64,000 bases of DNA from Tubiluchus corallicola (taxonomy: Eukaryota; Animalia; Priapulida), in the NCBI GenBank assembly GCA_030141605.1, contig JAQGDQ010000428.1, forward strand, positions 124,001 through 188,000. Direction: 5' to 3'. Within the stretch, counting starts at the first letter, position 1. Each line of letters starts with the position of its first letter. Of the stretch, positions 49,586-60,830 are shown piece after piece. The translations under genes were made by a program, and so were the position numbers. The notes beneath the pieces were generated by a model. That model saw only the letters and a program-made list of their open reading frames with translations, was not told the origin of the DNA and ran no database searches.

Positions 49586-50923
49586 TCAAAACGAAAAAGA
49601 AATTTACAAACACGATTATTAATGAGCTTGGTAAACATATTAACTTTATAAAGTTCTTTTTACAATCGTGTAATGTCCAATTAATTATTCGTTTATGAGA
49701 AGTGTGGGTCACAGCTGGTCGCTTAATAACGTCAATTAGCCGAAACGTCGTGAAAATCATTCCAGTCTATAATCAGATAAAGTTGCTCAGTTAACGACTT
49801 GACTGTGAAATATGAATTATTTTAATTTAATTGTGTTAATTATGGTTCAGTTTTTCAAAAGCTACAGTAACCAAGCGGTTATGTATATAATAATTATGAG
49901 GTTTCAAGCGGTGTTGAAGGAATTCAAAACTGGGTATAAAAACTCAAATAAAAACAAAAAGCAGCAACTAGAGCGAGGTTCTTCACATTCTTTTATGAAT
50001 CACGTTAACTTTTATAAAAGATACATTATAGATTTAAGTCAATAAGTACGGCAATAACGAATAACACACAAAAATAACTGCACATTATAAACAGCGAGTA
50101 TTAAACTATCTGAATTTACCTACATTTTTCATTTTCTTACCAAAAAAAAACGTTTTACAATGTTTAAAATCATTCAAAGTTAAGGAAAAAGTTAGCTACA
50201 ATGTCACTCTCCTGCTACAACCATTATTGAGAAACAGTTGGGTTTATATCTGTAGGTCATATGGATAAGGCTCTTAATAATAATACATAAAGAGAGAAAG
50301 CACAGAAATTGATAAAAAAATATACACGGAAAAACAAAAAGTGGATAAAAGAAACTAAATGGTCAAACGAGTGGATAAATGAATAAATAACTGAATGAAA
50401 GATTGAACAAGTAAAGCGAATAAATGAATGAAAGAACGGATGGATGAATGAAGGAGTTTATGAGAGCACGAATGAGTTAGTGGGTGAACGAATACGTGAA
50501 AAAAGCGAATGAATGGAGGAAAGTTGATCTTGATGTATTCTGTAACTATTGGATCAAAACAGCAAATTAATGAATGTATTCTATATGGCCAATGGTGTTC
50601 CTTTAAAGTTAATCAGGCTTTAGAACCACGGATGAAATGTGTACTATCATGCATACGAACTAAAAATGCATATGAAAAATACTTAGTACAACTGTTTATT
50701 TTACAAACGTAACTTTTTAACAAAATAAATAAATAAATAAATAAATTGCGCTGAGTAATATGACCATTTATATTATTATGTCTAATGCAGCCTGACAAGA
50801 GTACAGCCCTATATTCTAAGAATACAACCGATTAAGTGGGTCAGGTGAACAAACCATAAGTATATAACATTTATTACGAAAGTTATAAAATTAATAAACG
50901 AGTTATTAACAACTATTTAATTA

Positions 50924-53900
50924 TTAAAAAGCTGAAAAGTTGTTTTTATCTCCGTCAGCGCTATTATGGCTCTTGTCAACAAAATTGAAGACGGCGTTAG
51001 CTTCGGCGGAGCCAACATCTCTTGTTTTTGGTGTCAACACTTCCTATTAAGAAAACAAATCCAAAGTAAATACAACTGAAATTCATACCACATGGGGTCT
51101 AACATCCAGGTTGTTCCAGTGAGGCAAATGTATAGGTAGATAGTCAGCTAAGGTAATGGCGTCTCCACGAATATTAAATAATATGGCGTGCAAGAATTTT
51201 TAACATTGATGTAAATAATTAATGAAACTAAGTAAATTAAGAAAAATAATTTTGTAGTCTTTAAGATGCCCGTCATTAAAATGTATTGTTTGTAGTATCT
51301 AAGGAGTTAGGTTGCCGTGAAAGTTGACTTTTTGTCAGTTGGATATAATGCATTTTCTTGGAAAGCAAAAAAGTAGTTCATGCCACACAGTTTGAGAGTT
51401 GCTTTGGACAAGTGGCACACCTATTTTTAACTACAAATGACGTAATACGTTTTTGGCAGAAAGTACAAAATTTGTTATATAAGGGGTTTAGGTACTGCAG
51501 CTGTACAGATTTTTTCGTTTTCCAGGATAAACGTTGCTAACATACATTTACAAGGATCTGTATACATACTGCACCCATGCTGTACATAACAGCTTTGCAT
51601 AAGTATGTTAGCACGAGTTGAGCTTTAAAAAGAAACTGAATAAACGTATGGTGATTTTATTTATATGTTAAAAAACATATATAAATACACAGAAAAAGAA
51701 ATACTAAATGAAATCCTAAATAAAATAGGAATGATGTCAAGTTTACCTGTTCAAAACTTGGTGCAGGACCAACGCCCCAAATTTCTAATACATCCACCTC
51801 AAATTCGTCTTTTATGGAGAATTGTGGACTGTTATATGTCGTACATAATGGTTCGGCTCGACTGTGACCATACCCAAATTCTTGTGACAACCACAGACCA
51901 AAATAGTCCAGTTGACCACCAAAACCCTGAAAACACAAACTGTTAAGCTTGTGCATGTAGATTGCCAGCTATATTTTATGACAAATGAACGAGTGAATTA
52001 TGAATAAATGATTAAAACAAAGAAAGAAAGAAGGAAGGAAAGTATGAATAAATGAATGAATGAATGAACGAACGAATGAATGAAGGAAGGAAGGAAGGAA
52101 GGAAGGAAGAAACAAACGAATAAAGGAAGGAAGAAAGGAAGAAATGAACGAACGAACGTATGACAAATGAATGAATAAATGCATGAATGAATCAATGAAT
52201 GAGCAAATGAATGAATGAATAAATAAAATGCAATAATCAATTACCTAATTGTGTTTTTAATCATTTTAGACAAGTCACACATCTGATAGCAGTTACAAAT
52301 CAGTTTACACTTTAACTGTTTCTAGACAGTTAGGCTAGACACAGGCACTGGGCTTTTTAAACGCTATCAAATATTTTCAAACCTAAGTTCTGCAGCTACT
52401 GAAAAGAAAGCAAAATATGTGAAAAAATCAATAACTTCTGAAAGATGTGTGAATAGTCGTTGGGAGACATAGGGAAATACAATGGTTGCTTGAAGATGTG
52501 TGAAAAGGGTCAAAAGCTACAAATGACTGAAGATGCTACAATTATCAGGAGTGTAAAAATGCCAGAGACCGTTGGAAAATGTGTAAAAATACTAAAAGCC
52601 ATTGAAGACGCCCCATAAAAATGATTCAACTGAATGAAAGATGTTAAAAAAATAAATGTCGTTGGAACACGTTTCGATCAGCAAGCGGTATAGCTTCAGC
52701 TTGACTTGAAATGATTTATATTACACAGTGTGGCATCAAGCGATAGTGATGGGTAAAACAATTCAATGCTGAGATTATTGCAAATTTTCTGCATTTACAT
52801 AAATAGAATTTTCTAAAAGACTGTAAAACAAAGAACTTAAGAGCTTACCATTCCGTTTGGCATTGCTTGTTGATTCATATTCATATAAATAAAGTTTTCA
52901 TTATAATTTGTTGAAGTATATATACACATCTGGGGAGAAAGACTAAAAACGAAACTTCGAGAGGAACCTGAAACAAAGTAAAGCTGAAATTAATCTGCAT
53001 AATAAAATGGCAAAATCAGTAAAATTTTAAATGCTTTATCTAAAAGAAAATGTAATCACACAGCTAGATTAAATTTAATAAGACTTTGTAAGCTAATGTC
53101 TCTTATCACTAAAATAATGTGCGTATATGTTTGTCTGTCTGTCTGCTGATCAGCCTAACTATCAGCGAAGGAGCTGTCAGGAGAAAATGAAACCACCTAA
53201 CATAACAATCATTCTACAGATAGTATTGATCTATGTTTAGACTCATAATATCTAAAATCTTAGCATTAGGTACTATGTGCTTAGATTATTTGAAAAACAA
53301 AACATTGGCAGGCACAACCTTTAAACGTTGTCATGGTTTCCCATGAATGTGAAGCGAAGCCTCCGAACACGTGGGCGTCTTTGTCACGTATCAGCACAAC
53401 TGTAGGGCCTTTATTCATAATGTGCTTGGCAAGAGTGGCAAAATTTCTTGTGTGATATCTGGAATAAATAATAAATATTTAAATAGATAAAACCTTTTCA
53501 TTTTGCTCAACAATGAATACAGTCACTCTTTAACGTGAGCGTGAAGTGTACCCACAAGCCTGGTAGCCTGCCACTAGCAGGGCCTATTTCAAGGGGGGGG
53601 GACTGGGGATACTTCCCCGGGGCCTCACCCTCCAGGGGGGCCTCGCGCCAAGGTAACATTTTATTTTGCTTTATGCGAACATACTGCCTCCTCTCTCTCT
53701 CTCTCTTGCCGCACGCGCGCCGTTTGCCAGTATTGACAAGTATTAAGGACTGGTCTTGAGAATAAAACCTTTCAATTGTTCTTTCCTTTAACAACTGTAT
53801 AACTCCATATTTTCTCTTCGAAAATGCTTCTCTGGCGTTCTAGCAGTTCAAAAGTTTTCTGGGCGCCAACCATGGTGACGCCCGCCCCCTGACGCATCGC

Positions 53901-55307
53901 CCCACCCCCGATGGGGCCTCACACGCCCCACTTCCCCGGGCCTCGCCTAGGCTGAAATAAGCCCTGGCCACTGGTGCCAAGCAGCAAATGCTCGGTATTA
54001 TTTTTTCTGAGTGCGGCAAGCTATATATATACTATTCGTTTTTATGAAAGAAATATAGCATGTATAATATAAATTTACCTGCGCTAATGAGGTTATGTTT
54101 TCATCGCCGTTGCTTTGTTAGTTTGCTTGTTAACAAGATTGCGCAAAAACATTTCGTCCAGTGATTTGTACGAAACTTCCCGGAGGAGGGAGGAATGAGA
54201 TAGAAATTTATTGAGTCATTAACGAAATAAATTACAAAATACAAAGAAAAACGATTTAAAAAACATTATACATCTGAACAAAGAATCCACATATAAGTGG
54301 TATAATGGTTCAAGCACAAAAAGCGCATACAACAGAGCAACATACATATATATCATAAACTTAATATTACATATGTATTATAGTTAGTCAGTTAATCAGG
54401 CTTGAGATAAAAAAAGATCTCTTTGCATTTTGGCAATAATCGATTGAGACTTGGGAAAGAAAATCAAACTTTATTGATTAACCATGGGCTTCCATGGGGA
54501 AATTCTCTGAAGCTTCTGTGCAGAAAAATCGCAAAAAGCAAGTGTGGACGTCTATTGAGTGCCAATCTAATTTACAATACGGTCATATCATAAGGCAGTA
54601 CTACATGTGATTCACTGGAAGAATTGATTGTGCGGTTGAGTCGTATAAACGCAAAGGAATCATGCTTTTCATGAATAGCATGGCAAAGTAGCCGAAGTAT
54701 TTGCTGTTGCCACAGAATGTAAATATGACCTTGCAGCTCCTGCCCGATCAATTCAAAGCCAAGTAGATATCGCGCAATACCTGGTTCATACGACAAGAGG
54801 AATACAAGATCTGAGACCGGGTTCAAATCGTACAAAGAGAATCGAGCATATTGATTACAATTAAGAGTTACACTTACATAAAACACAAAGTGTTAAAACA
54901 GATTTTTATCTATGGTAAGTCTTTTTTACGTCACGGATAGAAATGGAACTGAGTATATGCAGTTCACATTTTCCATGAATCTATGCAATAATGAGGCCAA
55001 CCCGAAACGAGGCTGGACCAAAACGAAAAGTAACGTTTTACAACACCTGTTCTTATCAGCACAATACAAGCACTTGCAATTGTGCTTATAGAACTATACT
55101 TTGTAGTTTGCAGATAAAACGTACTGTCGTTAGTAGAGGATTGTAATTGTACTACCTAGATGTATACAACATTCTCCACTGACTCCGGAGTTCAACAGGT
55201 AGTTGATAGTTTAATAACAATAAAGACGGGATGTCCAGAAGCGTGTTGTATTTGTCCCACACAGCTCCAGAACACAGCGGAATAGTTGGAGTACATGGCT
55301 CAATATC
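50924..55307 (-). CDS. MEAK7: TLDc-domain protein, MEAK7/TLDC1-like; 3' five exons only, 5' exons not found in the window
   Basis: Exons 55307-55156 (LLDIPSLLLLNYQLPVELRSQWRMLYTS), 53458-53319 (KGPTVVLIRDKDAHVFGGFASHSW), 52967-52849 (FVFSLSPQM..YNENFIYMN..MPNGM), 51926-51747 (GFGGQLDYFGLWLSQEFGYGHSRAEPLCTTYNSPQ..LEIWGVG), 51043-50924 (stop). In frame. GHSRAxPxCTTYNSPQ is characteristic of MEAK7. Confidence 0.88.
51985..52228. repeat. (TGAA)n/(GGAA)n tetranucleotide microsatellite (a weaker array lies at ~50370-50520)
   Basis: Direct reading. Confidence 0.9.
53578..53966. mobile_element. GC-rich hAT-like MITE with an 8-bp TSD
   Basis: TIR CAGGGCCTATTTCA / TGAAATAAGCCCTG; flanks GCCACTAG and GCCACTGG (1 mismatch); subterminal GGGGCCTC and ACTTCCCCGG repeats; intronic in MEAK7. 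Confidence 0.8.
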
Positions 55308-55493
55308 CTGCAAAAGTACAAAGATAATCAAAATCAGTCTTTTTTACAGTCTGACGTACTTCAAGTTTTAAACTATCCGAAGGAGTCTGATACCTATGTA
55401 TTATTTTACAAAATTACTAAACTTTGGATGTGTTACTACGATAGCTGGGATAATAGTGCGTAATTAAACGACAATTTTGCGTATAACATTTTG

Positions 55494-55639
55494 GGTCACT
55501 GGCTTGCCAAGTAACTCTATAAAACCGTCTTTTCCGCCACGATGTTTTTGTTCTTGTTCTCGTTGTGGTCACTGGTTTGCGAAGTAACTCTATAGAACCG
55601 TCTTTTCCGCCATGATATTTTTGTTCTTGTTCTCGTTGT
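55494..55639. repeat. Tandem duplication, ~73-bp unit x2
   Basis: ggtcactgg..aagtaactctata.aaccgtcttttccgcca.gat.tttttgttcttgttctcgttgt occurs twice. Confidence 0.9.
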
Positions 55640-58600
55640 TCATGTAATAAATTCTTAGCTGGTTTTACGTTGTAACGTGACAACAAGGTTACAAATTTCT
55701 ACGATTAAACGAATCTACTGCAACAATAAATGGCGCTGTAAATAAGGTATACAAGCATTTGGGCAAAAAAATCAATAACCGAGTAACACGATGCTTCGCA
55801 TTTCTGACTAGTTTTCAAAATCTTCTTTATTAATGTTAAGCAATGTAGACCATTGATTGATAATTGAGAAAGCTAAAAAATGATCTATAAATTATTCTAA
55901 AAAATCGAAGCAAAATTTAACAAGCGCCCACTGAAACATAGATTTATACTTGCTAATCTGCTATCAAATGTTGCCTACTTCGTCCAGTAAATAGGCTCGT
56001 ATATGTGACAAAATATTGTTGTGAATCAAATTTAAAATATGAATTTCATTGGGAATTAATTGGAATTATCAGATGAATTAGATTACGAAGATAAAACCAC
56101 TCCTCCCTGAGTTTGATATGGAAATTCATACAATTTGATTATAGGTGACTCACCCAGCTTGTAGCTTGAATTTAATGAGTTCAAGAGTTTGAATTTAACA
56201 AGTTTAGATGTCGCAGATTAGTAAAACAGGGGAGTGTAAATTTCAAAGAGACGCCGCTTGTTAACGGTTTGCATGCCAATTAGCGGACATAGAATAAGGC
56301 CAGCACTGACCATTTGTCGAGAAGCGAGTTAAGAAATTATTTTGTTAAACCCCAGTAGCAGCAATTACCGATTGTAAAAGTAGCCTACCGAACATTACTC
56401 ACTGTCTAGGAAGGAAAGGTTGTGACTTCTGGGGTACTAAATCATCAGAGATGGTGCAATCCTCAGTGGTCAATGCGCAGTGCGTGACAAACAAAAAGAG
56501 CTTTTGCTTTATAAGCTAGGTAAAAGTTCAAAGTGCGCACACACATCTAGTGAGACGAGGAGGAGAGTTGTTGCCGTGTTGTTGTTTACCGAGACATTCT
56601 GCAAGACGACAGATTTTCTTTAGCTCAGCGTAGTGATTCTACTGCGTCCTTTGCAACGTCAAAGCACTGATGCTAAGAGGTCTCGAAGAGGAACAAGGAT
56701 CTGGCCAATAACGATTGTAAATTGGCCAGTCCGCGAGTTAAGTAGATTTACTTTACTTACTGTAAATTGTACCTAGAACTGTTTTGTAACAGTAACAAAC
56801 TGCATTGATGTGTAACTTAAGCACCTTAAGTGCAGCATCGCAACTTAAGTAATAGTCTTCGTGAATAGTATCTCTTTTGAATCTAAGATTATTTGTAAGC
56901 GCCCACCAGCGCATAGGAACAAATCTTGTATTGGTTTGGAAGTTCAATATAAAGTGTAATTTGTAATCGCAATAAACTATTCACTGAGTTAACTTAACTA
57001 CTGAGTTGTATTGATGTCTAACGAGTTACCTGAGGCTCATAATCGTAACACTAAATCCTTGATCGAACCTGAACGATTCGCATTGTACAGCTCATTGCGG
57101 GAGCTCGCTTGAAAACTCGAGGGATGCAGATATAGATCTAGATATACAGATACAGATACAGATTTCACTCACAACGCAATATTTCGAGGTTACAGTTGTG
57201 TAGGACCGGATCATAGCCTTATCGACTGAACGGAAGCCCTCGGAGTCGGGCAATTGATAGAACGCCGAAATCAATTGTCTGGAAGCAATCGAAGTGTGAA
57301 TCATCATAAATTCGATTAATTGCAAAATGAATCAAGATCGCTTGTTTCGAAAATAAAGGGCGATAATATGATTACGCTATGAAAGTAATAAATCAATTCT
57401 TGGCTTTTAATCGCCATATATAGCCTCGTATTTATTGCAATGTAACTTTATATAAGCTTCTTTTCAGATATTTTGTTTAAAATTCAACCAACTGGAGGGC
57501 GCCTGCGTTTGCTGCGTATCATGTACATTTTAAAAGGTTTTAACTCAAAGAGTGCTTTACCGCTTTCTGAAGAAAAAAATGACATAAAATCTTAAGAAGA
57601 AAATATAGCATTTAAGAAGAGCCTGCTCTTTCAGTTGATGTCATTTGATGAATGAAACTCGGAAACGTGCTTTATTAGTGGACGTCAATAATATTACCAT
57701 CTCAAGCAAAGACTATAGTCTCAAGGAAAATAAATTTTCAGATAAACATTCTATTGAATTATTATCCCGGATATTTGCTCGACGTGGTTCAAAAACAAGG
57801 AAGCATTTCATTGAGGCAATCAATGACACGTGGCATGATGTTTTTCTTCGATTAATCAGTCAACATGTGATATTACGTTTTCACTTTAATAATCATTCAA
57901 CATGTGGCGTTACTGAATGAGTTTTCATATCTGCTAATTTTTTATGTACGTTTTGCATTCCTGGTAATTTTTATGTACGGCTTGCTCAATGGAAGCCGCA
58001 GGGTAGCCTATATCATAAACTCTGTTTATACCAAGGAAAAGATATGCGATGCGTCCTGAATTTTCTTAAACGCTTTCGCACTTTGAATACCTCTGTTTGC
58101 GCTACATGTAGATATGTGGACTCATTTTACTTCTATGTCTTTTAAAACGGTGTCATGATCCCGCATGCAATGAAAAGAGCTGGATCAAAGCTGTGCTGTG
58201 CCGGCAGAACCTATATCAGGGGTACATGCTGTAGAGAAATACGCGCAATACGCGCGCTATGGCGTATCTTCGAGATACCTGATCCTATTTACCTTAGCAA
58301 CTTGTTGTAATACTCCGCCCGCGCAAATAGTACTATTACATACTCTATACAGACAGATGGATTATCTAAGAATAGAGAATCTTTAGGCGTTCCACATAAT
58401 TAATCGAGATTAGGCTCTACAGTGGCCTATTTTTTATAATCTATATTTATAATCATAATTTTTAATATTTGTGAATAGCTGTAAATGCGTTTTATTTTCG
58501 TTCGGCCCTTACTTGTCGTTACTGCACAATAGTTTAGATTGCACTGACGCATTTGCCTTTCTAAGTAAAAACCCAAGGGCGAATGTTTCCCTTCGGGATG

Positions 58601-59045
58601 ATATAGTGTTGTTAGCATGCACTATACCATCTTAGGGATGCTCCAACGCATAGAGGCATGAACGGCTTTTCATAGTATTATTTAGTATATAACGTATCTT
58701 TATTTTCCAGTCATGTAATAATGGAACGCACATCTTCATACGGTGTTATTGCCTTCTTTTTTATCAGGTGACAGATATAAAACAAAACCATGTTGAAATC
58801 AGCAATATCTAGTTCCACTAAATGTTTTTCATAGTCCAAATGTGAAAATAAATTACTTTGAATCAGGAATTTAGGGAGTTTTAATCCCCTGCTCTTCATC
58901 TCTGCTATTTCACTCATCAAAAATAATAAATTAACCAAAAATTCACAGTTGCCGACGTATGTCAGGTTACAAACAATCCGGGTTTGATGTCTACGTTTTC
59001 TGACCACATCCGGAAAGTAATCGTGGAAAGTATATGGTTGTGTGT

Positions 59046-59048
<3 letters not shown>

Positions 59049-59093
<45 letters not shown>
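59049..59093. repeat. (TA)n microsatellite
   Basis: Direct reading. Confidence 0.95.
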
Positions 59094-59097
<4 letters not shown>

Positions 59098-59553
59098 ATA
59101 GCATGAAACTCCACATAAATTAAAGGTTGCCATTTGCTTTATAAGTACGTGTTATGTTATAAATATTGTAGTGCGGCTATAATTATAGATATCAATAATT
59201 AATCATCAGCAGGCAGCAGAGTAAAAATTATTAGTGGGAACTGGTAAAGTCAGTATAGCCTTTAATTTAGTATAAAGCTAGAACTTTCGGTCATGACATC
59301 AGCTGAATGCAAATCTTCGTGAATGTAGCCGATAAGTTGAGCAGCTTCCAAAGTAAATCGATCGACTACGTAATTGCTTAAAGTATTACAAATTCTATTG
59401 CACATGCTGCTTTAAAACAACATCCATGCTTTTAACGTTTTTGATTTCTCGGTCATATTTATACAGGTCGCTAAAAATCAAACGTATTGTTATGTATACA
59501 AGTATTATGTTACGAAGTAAGAACGTGGCATTTAAATTTGTGGGTGTTTGTCT

Positions 59554-59594
59554 CACACACACACACACACACGCACACACACACACACACACGC
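59554..59594. repeat. (CA)n microsatellite
   Basis: Direct reading. Confidence 0.95.
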
Positions 59595-60029
59595 AAAATT
59601 ACCATCGCCGGCTTGATTTTCAATTTTTGTTGCAGCTAATCGAGTCAATATAAAAAATAGCAAAGTTTATTTAGTGACAAACTGTTAGTCAGCAACTGAC
59701 AAAATTTTGAGTCTACACTTGAATTTTCCGTCATTTTTTTCTGCTGTCATTCTCATCCCCCCCCAGCCCCCAACAACAACAATACCAAGAAAAGTAGCGA
59801 CCAAAAAGAAAACTTTGTTGCTTACTTATACGCTATTAATGTTTAACATTTGACCATGAAAAACACAGCATAAGTGAACACTGATCTGAATAACACACAC
59901 CCGTACTACTCGTGGGAATTTAAAAAAGCACAACCCAACCGGTATAATGATATACATGCTTTGATACGTACTATAATCGTGGAATCTGAGTGTCTGAGTG
60001 AGCCCGAGCAAAGACCAAATTGTTGGGTA

Positions 60030-60830
60030 GATATAAATATCAAAACATGCTGTAGTGCGAGTAAAACAGGCAACATTTCATTTCTGTGGGGCAGAATCTT
60101 TGCTAATCGAAATCCGGTGGAACAATCTATATCTTGCTATATGAATACAGCTCTAACGCCCAAATCACTAGCATCTATCACCAACTTCAATGGTCGAGTA
60201 AAATAAGGAGCTATCAGTACTGGCGAATTCATCAAGATGTACTTGAATTTAAGAAATGAAGACGGGCAATCTTTGCACTTGCTAATAATCTTTCAATAAA
60301 TCAAATTTACTGACACATTTTGACGAATGTTATCGATGCATCTATCTGTTTTTGTGGTGGTATGCAAATTAGTGTTAGTTACAGTAATCACTTTATGAAA
60401 GCCAGTACAAAAACGATACGATCCAATTCCCCTTGGTCACCTGTCCATTTGTTGGCTGTTTGACCTCAGTGGTCAGTGTTGTATTTTCTATCGACAGCAC
60501 TGTTCACATAACCCCTCTCCTTCTGCTTGAGCACATTTATTATGACAGCTGCCCTGCTTTGCACCAGGCATTTTCGTATGTGCGTGAGGCTCCTACCAAG
60601 CGCCTGCATGCAACATAGGAATTGCACACTGACCTTTGAGTCTATCTCATACGGACCACGAAATCTGTTTAGTGAAGCATATTTTTCCAGGATTTGGAAA
60701 AACTAAAACTTAGTCGCTAAGTTTTAAAACTAGCTATAGTATAGTTCTCTTTAGATATAATATAAACTTGAGTTAATTTTTCTTGAAAGCCATACGCAAG
60801 GTGTTTACGAAAACCCTGTTCACACTATGT
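60030..60830 (-). mobile_element. Decayed Ty3/Gypsy LTR-retrotransposon pol relic (integrase C-terminus and RT-RNase H)
   Basis: Minus-strand peptides: FQEKLTQVYIISKENY, LKLSD*VLVFPNPG and RFRGPYEIDSKVS (integrase GPY/F region, ~60630-60790), then CPSSFLKFKYILMNSPVLIAPYFTRPLKLVIDASDLGVRAVFI* and EMLPVLLALQH (RT connection / RNase H, ~60040-60290). Contains stops and frameshifts. Confidence 0.7.

Noticed and set aside
51969-52240. FIHSF-type ORFs
   Set aside because: Translation of the (TGAA)/(GGAA) microsatellite.
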